Of a stretch of 64,000 bases of DNA, positions 53,986-64,000 are shown piece by piece; the stretch's first letter is position 1; each line of letters begins with the position of its first letter. Source of the DNA: Eledone cirrhosa (taxonomy: Eukaryota); the NCBI GenBank assembly GCA_964016885.1, contig OZ024766.1:14074001-14138000 (forward strand). Direction: 5' to 3'. The translations under genes and the position numbers were made by a program. The notes under the pieces are model-generated. The model was not told the origin of the DNA. It saw nothing but the letters and a program-made list of their open reading frames with translations, and did not search any database.

Positions 53986-55314
53986 ATTTCTAGCTAGTGA
54001 TCTTTACATAAAGGATTCTCACTAATTTTACATATATATTAAGAAATATAGATATCGTTAATATATGTTATGTAGTCTAATATACAAAGGGTCCATAAAA
54101 GACTGCAGATCTCCGCTTTCTTCTTCTAAAAAGTTGTAATGTAGCATTCAGTTTGTACAAGTAATAAGACATATGACAGCCCAAGACTGATTTTCGACGA
54201 AGAAAATTCAAGCATATATTATATAATTCAATCAGAGAGAGAGAGAGAGAGAGAGAGTGAGAGGGGGGTAGAGAGACGTGTGTGTGTGTTTAGAAATATG
54301 TGTGTAGGTGTTGTAATAAATCAAGATATTTCACTTCAGATAGAAAAGTTCACAATGTTTGTGTTGTGGTAGAAAAGGAAATAATACGTACTTTAGTTCT
54401 CAAGACGAAATATAAAGTCAAGAAAAGTTAGTAAAAACTAAATGTTCACTGATTTCTGATTAAAATAATATTTTCCTGTCCCGTAAAATGTTGAACAACC
54501 ACCTCAATATTTAATAATACAGGTGATAAAACAACAACTATAAGGTAAATAAGTCACCTGATGTTATTTATAAACATTAACGTCCACCTTAATATGAAAT
54601 AATCATCATAAAAGAGGAAGCGAGGGCATCGGCTACCGGCACCCGCCTGCTCTTGGGATCCTGAGTGAGATCTTTCGCCACCACCTGAGCCAAGCGATGT
54701 TGACCAGCGAGGCTTGGGTGTCAGGCAAGCTCGTTGTCTCATCTGGTGGTGTGCTACATGACCGTGGCTGGGCAGACAAGGTGAAGAGACAGTTTCAGCT
54801 TCTCCACGCTGTGAGGGCACTGGAGGTTTGACGCGTCAAGCTAACACAGGTGAGATGGTGGAAGCAGCTGCACCCCATCAGTTCCGGCCCTTCTCCCGTC
54901 TATTCGTGGTGCTGCAGGTGTCGACTGCAGGGGATGGAGGATTTGGGGGGGGGGGGGACTGGGGCATGAAGCAGCATCAGGGGTGAGTGGCTGGTCGTCA
55001 CCAGCCTAGGTGCTAGGCAGAACTGTGTGGGTGGAAGGGAAAATGCTGATAAGAGGGCCTCATAGCTCACTTACATCAGATATGGAGGCGTCAGAAGACA
55101 AGAGAGAAAAGAAAGGGTTGCATGGAGGGGGGGGGGGTACACAAGATAGAATGTTAGCAAATAAATAAATGAATGGATGAATGTACAAAAAAGATAACAG
55201 GGGGTTGTTCCCAGTGGAAAGACCCAGATTTCAGCACGCACACATGCGAGCATGTTAGCAGTTTCTCATAGAACCTTGTGGCTAAAGGTGAGTCTTTCAA
55301 TCCTGAAAACATAT

Positions 55315-58300
55315 GTGTTGTTGTTATTGTCACTGATGATGGAGTTGGCTTCCTCTTGTTAATGGTAGTGTTTGTTGGTAAGATGTTGGTGTATACACAT
55401 ATGTTGTTGTTGTTAATGTCACCGCTGCTGTAGCTGCCTTCCTCTTGTTAATGGTAGTGTTTGTTGGTAAGATGTTGGTGTATACACATGTTATTGTTGT
55501 TAATGTCACCACTGCTGTAGCTGCCCTCCTCTTGTTAATGGTAGTGTTTGTTGGTAAGATGTTGGTGTATACACATATGTTGTTCTTAATGTCACCGCTG
55601 CTGTAGCTGCCTTCCTCTTGTTAATGGTAGTGTTTGTTGGTAAGATGTTGGTGTATACACATATGTTGTTGTTGTTGTTAATGTCACCGCTGCTGTAGCT
55701 GCCTTCCTCTTGTTAATGGTAGTGTTTGTTGGTAAGATGTTGGTGTATACACATATGTTGTTCTTAATGTCACCGCTGCTGTAGCTGCCTTCCTCTTGTT
55801 AATGGTAGTGTTTGTTGGTAAGATGTTGGTGTATACACATATGTTGTTGTTGTTGTTAATGTCACCGCTGCTGTAGCTGCCTTCCTCTTGTTAATGGTAG
55901 TGTTTGTTGGTAAGATGTTGGTGTATACACATATGTTGTTCTTAATGTCACCGCTGCTGTAGCTGCCTTCCTCTTGTTAATGGTAGTGTTTGTTGGTAAG
56001 ATGTTGGTGTATACACATGTTATTGTTGTTAATGTCACCACTGCTGTAGCTGCCCTCCTCTTGTTAATGGTAGTGTTTGTTGGTAAGATGTTGGTGTATA
56101 CACATATGTTGTTCTTAATGTCACCGCTGCTGTAGCTGCCTTCCTCTTGTTAATGGTAGTGTTTGTTGGTAAGATGTTGGTGTATACACATATGTTGTTG
56201 TTGTTGTTAATGTCACCGCTGCTGTAGCTGCCTTCCTCTTGTTAATGGTAGTGTTTGTTGGTAAGATGTTGGTGTATACACATATGTTGTTGGTAATGTC
56301 ATTGCTGCTGTAGCTGCCTTCCTCTTGTTAATGGTAGTGTTTGTTGGTAAGATGTTGGTGTATACACACATATGTTGTTGTTGTTAATGTCACCGCTGCT
56401 GTAGCTGCCTTCCTCTTGTTAATGGTAGTGTTTGTTGGTAAGATGTTGGTGTATACACATATGTTGTTGTTGTTGTTAATGTCACCGCTGCTGTAGCTGC
56501 CTTCCTCTTGTTAATGGTAGTGTTTGTTGGTAAGATGTTGGTGTATACACATGTTGTTGTTGTTGTTAATGTCACTGCTGCTGTAGCTGCCTTCCTCTTG
56601 TTAATGGTAGTGTTTGTTGGTAAGATGTTGGTGTATACACATATGTTGTTGTTGTTAATGTCACCGCTGCTGTAGCTGCCTTCCTCTTGTTAATGGTAGT
56701 GTTTGTTGGTAAGATGTTGGTGTATACACATATGTTGTTGTTGGTAATGTCACTGCTGCTGTAGCTGCCTTCCTCTTGTTAATGGTAGTGTTTGTTGGTA
56801 AGATGTTGCTGTATACACATATGTTGTTGTTGTTAATGTCACCGCTGCTGTAGCTGCCTTCCTCTTGTTAATGGTAGTGTTTGTTGGTAAGATGTTGGTG
56901 TATACACATATGTTGTTGTTGTTCATGTCACTGCTGCTGTTGTTGCCTTCCTCTTGTTAATGGTAGTGTTTGTTGGTAAGATGTTGGTGTATACACATAT
57001 GTTGTTGTTGTTAATGTCACCGCTGCTGTAGCTGCCTTCCTCTTGTTAATGGTAGTGTTTGTTGGTAAGATGTTGGTGTATACACATATGTTGTTGTTGG
57101 TAATGTCACTGCTGCTGTAGCTGCCTTCCTCTTGTTAATGGTAGTGTTTGTTGGTAAGATGTTGGTGTATACACATATGTTGTTGTTGTTAATGTCACCG
57201 CTGCTGTAGCTGCCTTCCTCTTGTTAATGGTAGTGTTTGTTGGTAAGATGTTGGTGTATACACATATGTTGTTGTTGGTAATGTCACTGCTGCTGTAGCT
57301 GCCTTCCTCTTGTTAATGGTAGTGTTTGTTGGTAAGATGTTGCTGTATACACATATGTTGTTGTTGTTAATTTCACCGCTGCTGTAGCTGCCTTCCTCTT
57401 GTTAATGGTAGTGTTTGTTGGTAAGATGTTGGTGTATACACATATGTTGTTGTTGTTCATGTCACTGCTGCTGTTGTTGCCTTCCTCTTGTTAATGGTAG
57501 TGTTTGTTGGTAAGATGTTGGTGTATACACATATGTTGTTGTTGTTAATGTCACCGCTGCTGTAGCTGCCTTCCTCTTGTTAATGGTAGTGTTTGTTGGT
57601 AAGATGTTGGTGTATACACATATGTTGTTGTTGGTAATGTCACTGCTGCTGTAGCTGCCTTCCTCTTGTTAATGGTAGTGTTTGTTGGTAAGATGTTGCT
57701 GTATACACATATGTTGTTGTTGTTAATGTCACCGCTGCTGTAGCTGCCTTCCTCTTGTTAATGGTAGTGTTTGTTGGTAAGATGTTGGTGTATACACATA
57801 TGTTGTTGTTGTTCATGTCACTGCTGCTGTTGTTGCCTTCCTCTTGTTAATGGTAGTGTTTGTTGGTAAGATGTTGGTGTATACACATATGTTGTTGTTG
57901 TTAATGTCACCGCTGCTGTAGCTGCCCTCCTCTTGTTAATGGTAGTGTTTGTTGGTAAGATGTTGGTGTATACACATATGTTGTTGTTGTTAATGTCACC
58001 GCTGCTGTAGCTGCCTTCCTCTTATTAATGGTAGTGTTTGTTGGTAAGATGTTGGTGTATACACATATGTTGTTGTTGTTGTTAATGTCACCGCTGCTGT
58101 AGCTGCCTTCCTCTTGTTAATGGTAGTGTTTGTTGGTAAGATGTTGCTGTATACACATATGTTGTTGTTGTTAATGTCACCGCTGCTGTAGCTGCCTTCC
58201 TCTTGTTAATGGTAGTGTTTGTTGGTAAGATGTTGGTGTATACACATATGTTGTTGTTGTTAATGTCACCGCTGCTGTAGCTGCCCTCCTCTTGTTAATG

Positions 58301-58397
58301 GTAGTGTTTGTTGGTAAGATGTTGGTGTATACACATATGTTGTTGTTGTTAATGTCACCGCTGCTGTAGCTGCCTTCCTCTTATTAATGGTAGTGAT
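55315..58397. repeat. ~89-bp GT-rich minisatellite, ~34-35 copies
   Basis: Unit gttgttgttgttaatgtcaccgctgctgtagctgccttcctcttgttaatggtagtgtttgttggtaagatgttggtgtatacacatat (period 57001 to 57090); length varies with GTT number. Confidence 0.97.
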
Positions 58398-60119
58398 AAT
58401 TGTTGGTGCTACCTATATCGGCTGTCAAGCTGGCTGCTCTATCAGCTTCTGTGAGTGATGCTCCAATGGCCTTCTTGACGGAAAATGCAGGTCAATGGCT
58501 TTTAAATAAATATATTCTCTATTTTTTTTTCTCTCTTTCTAATCCGATTCAATATCATCAATTGGAAAGACCAATGGAAACATTGTTTCCTTGGTCCAAT
58601 CTGATGAGTTCCACTCCACTTGGTAAGTAAGAACGAAGATGTTGAGATTTGTTACCAAAAAATCACTAAAATCAAGATCCTGGGTTGGTATAACTACCTG
58701 GTTTGTATGTGTTGCGGTATGGTATGTGGTGTGTTGTGGTGTGGTATGTGGTGTGATGTGATATGTGGTGTAGTGTGGTTTGGTGTGGTGTGGTATGTGG
58801 GGTGTTGTGGTGAGGCATGATATGTATATTGTGGTGTGTGTGTGCAGGGTGATGTGTAGTGTAAAGAGGAAATTTTACACACATAGGACCTAGAAGGGGT
58901 GTGTGAGGACTCTACCCCCTACAACCCTCTCAGAAATAAATGGCTGAAGAAAAAGAGAAGAAAGTTGTAAAGTATTTTCAAATGTGAATTATTTTTTTAA
59001 AAAGTCAAAATTTCAACTGTCATTAAAGTACCATCCAACAAATATCAAAGTTATGCAATTGTTTTTATTTACACATGTGGATATTTTGTCAAATATAAAC
59101 CAGTTAAGGTTTACAAAATAAACACATATAAATACATCAATGTTTTTGTTTTTTTTAAATGTAGTCATAAGGGTGACACTGTGGACATAGAAGAGAGAAT
59201 AAGAGGGAGGAAGTGAGATAGAAATATAGAGAGGAAGAACAGACCCCAGTGGTAGACTGGTATTGTTTTTATCAACCTTGAATGGACGAAAGAAAGTTGA
59301 CCTCAGCAGGATTTAAACCCAGAGAGCAGAGAACCAGGATAAATATGGCAGAAAACATTCTATCTATTGTTTTATAGACTTTAAATAAATGTTTCTACAT
59401 TTGACTCAAGGCCAGCAATTTGAAGAGAAAGGGGAATGCCAATTAAATCAGGCCCAGTGCATTACTGGTATTGTTTTTTATCAACCTTGAATGGATGAAA
59501 GTCAAAGTAGACCATGGCATGATTTAAACCCAGAACATAAAGGGTTGTAACTTTATGACACAAAGCATATCGTATGACACTCTACTGATTCTGCAAATCC
59601 ATCACCTTCAACAATGAAATGAGATTGTGTCTCTGTAAGAGCCCTTAATGACAAATAATACAGGGTGTATTTGTTAATTACAATACAAAACCTCTGCGAA
59701 TGATTTCCAACATATTTCACCATAATAAATGTTCTTCAATATATATTAATATTATTATTATTATTTTCTGCTAGCATGTGTAGTGTGTATATTGATATTA
59801 TACGCAGGTATATATATACATGTAGACATGATACTTCAAATAAAATCATAATTGACAATATATAATACATAGAAATTGTACAAAGACTGTGTTACACTCT
59901 CTTATTTAACCAGTAACGTAATCCATGATACATTAAAAAAGACATTATATATAAACTGCATTAGGAGAAAATTAGTGACGGTAATATATGAATGTTTATT
60001 TAAGCGATGGCTAACCGGAAGTGTTGCCATTTCAGAAATTTTAAAGAGATGAATCTTTAAACAAAATATATTTAATCAACAGCCACGAAATTTAGTAGAT
60101 AAATTATGTAATATTCATT

Positions 60120-60240
60120 CATGCTTTGATGCATTGAGGTATGGCCCTTGCTATTCTGAGTTCAAATCCCACCGAGGTTAACTTTGCCTTTCATCCTTAC
60201 GGGGCCGATAAAATAAAGTACCAGTAATGTAGAAACAATT
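60120..60240 (+). mobile_element. tRNA-SINE fragment (same family as 4225-4414)
   Basis: ctgagttcaaatcccaccgaggttaactttgcctttcatccttacggggccgataaaataaagtaccag. Confidence 0.8.
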
Positions 60241-60781
60241 ATTTATTCAAAGTAATGCAACTTATTTTACTAGTGGGATAAAACATTATAAACCGTACAC
60301 AGTCCCGTGCTCCTTACTTTATTATAGTTTAGATTTATTAGGTCAGCTGGATTGGCCATAACAATTCTACTCTTCTTTTTTAGATGTCACAATCTCCCAT
60401 GGTATTCCTGACATCATTAATCTCCAGCTGGACATCCTGAGACATCTGATCTATGTAGGTCAATCTCAGTCATCCCACTAGGGTCTTACAATGTTTAGGT
60501 ATCCACCACAATAGCCAGCTCATCCTACCCTCAGTAGCAATGTCCAGCTTATCTTGTCCTCCGCTCCCTAGTTATTGTGGTAATCTTTGATATATGTCAG
60601 TATATTTCTGCCCTTTGAGTAATGTATTAAAAAATAAAAATAATAAAATATATATATATATACACACACACACACAAATATATGTTGAGATGTATAAGAT
60701 TTCTCAAGCTTCACATTTTATATTCTGCCTTCCAAATTGTGTCTATATATTTATGTTTTTCATATTTCACAGTGATGGGGT

Positions 60782-61624
60782 TTACAGCAAGTGTTGACTA
60801 CGTAGGTGAACAACCAGTGACGAATTCACAGTGAAAGATTTCCCGCATATTTCACACGAATAAGGTTTTTCACCAGTATGTATTCTTTTGTGACGTACAA
60901 GATGAGAACTCAGAGTGAAAGATTTCCCACATATTTCACACGAATAAGGTTTTTCACCAGTGTGTATTCTTTTGTGACGTTCAAGATTAGAACTCCGAGA
61001 AAAAGATTTACCACATATTTCACAATGGAAGGGTTTTTCACCAGTATGTATTCTTTTGTGTTTTACAAGATGAGAACTATCAGAAAAAGATTTCCCACAT
61101 ATTTCACATGAATAAAGTTTTTCACCAGTATGTATTCTTGTGTGTTTTACAAGATTAGAACTATCAGAAAAAGATTTCCCACATATTTCACATGAATAAG
61201 GTTTTTCTCCTGTGTGCTTTCTTTTGTGTTGTACAAGATTGTACTTCTGGGTGAAAGATTTCCCACATATTTCACAATGGAAGGGTTTTTCGCCAGTGTG
61301 TGTTCTTTTGTGAGGTTCAAGTTGAGAACTATGAGAAAATGATTTCCCACATATTTCACAATGGAAGGGTTTTTCACCAGTGTGTGTTCTTTTGTGAGGT
61401 TCAAGTTGAGAACTCTGAGAAAATGATTTCCCACATATTTCACAATGGAAGGGGTTTTCTCCAGTGTGACTCCGTATGTGGACGACAAGAGCAGAATTAT
61501 TTATGAAAGATTTCCCACATATTTCACAGTGGAAGGTTTTTTCTCTGTGTATTTTCTCGTGTGAGGATAGTTTCAGTCTTGAAGAGAAAGTTTTCCTGCA
61601 AATCTCACAACTATATTCAGACAT
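60782..61624 (-). CDS. Single-exon tandem C2H2 zinc-finger protein (280 aa, 9 canonical fingers + 1 altered)
   Basis: Repeated CEICGKSF...H...HTGEKP; no KRAB, SCAN or ZAD domain visible; style typical of expanded cephalopod C2H2 clusters. Confidence 0.88.
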   Translation of the reverse strand: MSEYSCEICRKTFSSRLKLSSHEKIHREKTFHCEICGKSFINNSALVVHIRSHTGENPFHCEICGKSFSQSSQLEPHKRTHTGEKPFHCEICGKSFSHSSQLEPHKRTHTGEKPFHCEICGKSFTQKYNLVQHKRKHTGEKPYSCEICGKSFSDSSNLVKHTRIHTGEKLYSCEICGKSFSDSSHLVKHKRIHTGEKPFHCEICGKSFSRSSNLERHKRIHTGEKPYSCEICGKSFTLSSHLVRHKRIHTGEKPYSCEICGKSFTVNSSLVVHLRSQHLL

Positions 61625-62300
61625 ATTTCATAAAGGAATCTCACCACTTCCACTCATATCTTAAGAAATGTAGCATCCAGTTGGTAAAGTAATAAGATGT
61701 ATGAAAGCGTAAGACTGATTTTGCAAGAATAAAAAGCAAGTGCTTACATATATATATGTGTGTGTGTGTGTGTGTGTATATATTTTTTTATTTTTGTTAA
61801 GGAGAGAGAAGCTCTATTCACAATAACACCCTCAGCTCATAAAACAGACGAATAAGTCTTCGTAATTTAAGGTTCTTGTTATTGAGGACAGTTCAGGTGA
61901 CAGAATTAATATCCATAATTTCAAAAGACGAAGTTTAATATATATACATATATATACAGACATACAGTGTATACATATGAGAGAGTAATAAATAGACGTG
62001 TGTGTGTAGAAATATGTGTGTAGGTGTTGTAATAATTCAAGATATTTCACTTCAGATAGAAAAGTTCACAATGTTTGTGTTGTGGTAGAAAACGAAATAA
62101 TATGTACTTTAGTTCTCAAGACCAAATATAAAGTCAAGAAAAGTTGGTAAAAACTAAATTTTCACTGATTTCTTATTAAAATAATATTTTCCTGGCCTGT
62201 AAAATGTTGAAAAACCACCTCAATATTTAATAATACAGGTGATAAAACAACAACTATGAGGTAAATAAGTCACCTTATGTTATTTACAAACATTAACGTC

Positions 62301-62985
62301 CACCTTAATATGAAATAATCACCATAAAAGATAAAATTAGATGAGGTTTAAGTTGTAACAATGGAGCTGATATAAATGATAATATTTCACCGTCTAGTTG
62401 ACACCGGTGTCATGACTTAAAAGTCCCCCACATAATTTAATACATTCAGAAACAACTTCCGTTATATTACTTCACACGCTCAATCTATATGTTAGTAATT
62501 TATTCAGATTTGTATAAATAACATTATTAATGTTACATAACTGTTCATATTAAAACAAAACACATTATTGAAGGTAATAAACTAGAAATGTGAAAAATGA
62601 AAATGAATGAAGCAACTAAAATAATTGTATGTTTGTGTGTGTGTGAGTATAAATATATATATATATAATTTTTTTTTTTCGTACAATGGCCATACTCGAT
62701 AACGAGGGGGCAGCCATCATATGTGCCTGTGTACATATATAGCAATAATTTAAGTGTTGTGTTGGTAGTTGATCGTGTTATAGTGTTGGTTCATTTCACC
62801 TTAATATGAAATAATCACCATAAAAGATAAAATGAGTTGAGGTTTAAGTTGTAACAATGGAGCTGATATAAATGGTAATATCTCACCGTCTAGTTGACAC
62901 CGGTGTCATGACTTAAAAGTCCCCTAGATAATTTAATACATTGAGAAACAACTTCAGTTATATCAATTCACACCTTCAATCCAAT
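62301..62985. repeat. Local ~185-bp direct duplication (62301-62490 / 62797-62985)
   Basis: caccttaatatgaaataatcaccataaaagataaa...ccgtctagttgacaccggtgtcatgacttaaaagtcccc occurs twice. Confidence 0.85.
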
Positions 62986-63089
62986 TTTCGTTAAATTCCA
63001 TCTGATGCTGCTACTCGGCTTTTTCAACTGTACTGATTGGAGATACGTGAAATGAAGCACACACATAGACAGACACTCACACACACACA

Positions 63090-63134
<45 letters not shown>

Positions 63135-64000
63135 ATAATAATAAATTTGAAGACTAAAATCCAAAACAGCGATTCTATATATATATATATGGAGAGAGAG
63201 AGACATCATTTCACGCGTCTCCAATCAGTTCACCTGAAAAAGATATATATATATATATATTAGCAGAAATATATGATTGAGAAAACAAAACTCTTAAATT
63301 TTATTCTTTACACCATATTTCATCTGAAAGGGTAACATTCGTTTTCTGATGTAAGGAATTAAATAAGATTTATATACTCCGTAGAAGTTATATATATATA
63401 ATATTTATTATTATTTATTCTTCAACCTTTAAATGTAAACATACCGTTACTCCCTCGGCCCCCTAAAGACCCATTAATAATTGTAAATAGATATCGAGAC
63501 CTCTATTAACAGTTTAAATCTGCCTTTGCAGCTATATATTCACATATCTGAAGAGATGTCAAATAAAGTGTCGGGTCCCGTCATCTTGATTGTACCCTAA
63601 CCTGATATCGAAACAATTGTAATATGACTTCGATTCTTTTCAATCTACACTCTGTAAATTACAGCCGTAACCCTGGAATACATCCTAATCGAGACGAACC
63701 CCGTAACAACATTGAGTCCTTCTAACGGCGCGTAACTGTAGTTACACACCTAACTATCACATACATACACAGACATATATTGACATATAAACACGTATGG
63801 GCAACCTGCAGCCCACGAAGCTTTCTGAATGGCTCGCCTAAGTCACCAAAGTGAAATCTTTCAGATCTTTTACCCCAACTTTTCAGTCGTAATTTATCTT
63901 TCAATCATATTTACGATCGAGGAAAACAACGTGTACGAATCCTGAAGAAACAAATCAAAACAACCTGAGTTACCACCCCTGTTTTTTTTAATGTGGGCAC

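Noticed and set aside
55330-56575. Thr-rich mucin-like ORFs in the 89-bp minisatellite
   Set aside because: The period is not a multiple of 3, so frames shift and hit stops every 2-3 units.
58595-58650. CTGATGA-GTTC...GAAC-GAAG hammerhead-like motif (paralogue at ~51972)
   Set aside because: The GAAA core is altered, stems I and III are unconvincing, and the paralogue lacks stem II pairing; at best a relic.
60878-61664. Plus-strand and alternative-frame ORFs overlapping the ZNF genes and LINE fragments
   Set aside because: Shadow ORFs of real coding sequence.

Overview
AT-rich, microsatellite-dense eukaryotic (metazoan) DNA. The single-exon CEICGKSF-type C2H2 genes, tRNA-derived SINE families and RTE-like LINE remnants look like a cephalopod (Octopus-type) genome; this is inference. 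Positions 1-45127 are a tandem array of at least 9 near-identical units of 4.6-6.1 kb that continues past the left edge. Each unit carries one 138-nt, phase 1-1, minus-strand exon encoding an 8-Cys EGF/laminin-EGF-like module of the MEGF10/CED-1/SREC type. Each unit also has a SINE-derived 33-bp VNTR, a piggyBac-like MITE and SINE/LINE fragments, and eight of the nine have oppositely oriented 13-bp AT-rich satellites. Six of the nine units carry an identical type I hammerhead ribozyme motif with an intact core on the + strand (antisense to the exons), inside a 57-bp inverted repeat. Further hammerhead-like motifs and fold-back palindromes at 45-52 kb suggest Penelope-like element activity. 46-51 kb holds RTE-like LINE fragments. 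52-62 kb is a tandem duplication of a C2H2 zinc-finger gene (one decayed copy, one 10-finger copy), separated by a GC-rich segment and a ~3-kb 89-bp minisatellite. No signal-peptide, transmembrane or terminal exons of the EGF gene could be identified in this window.
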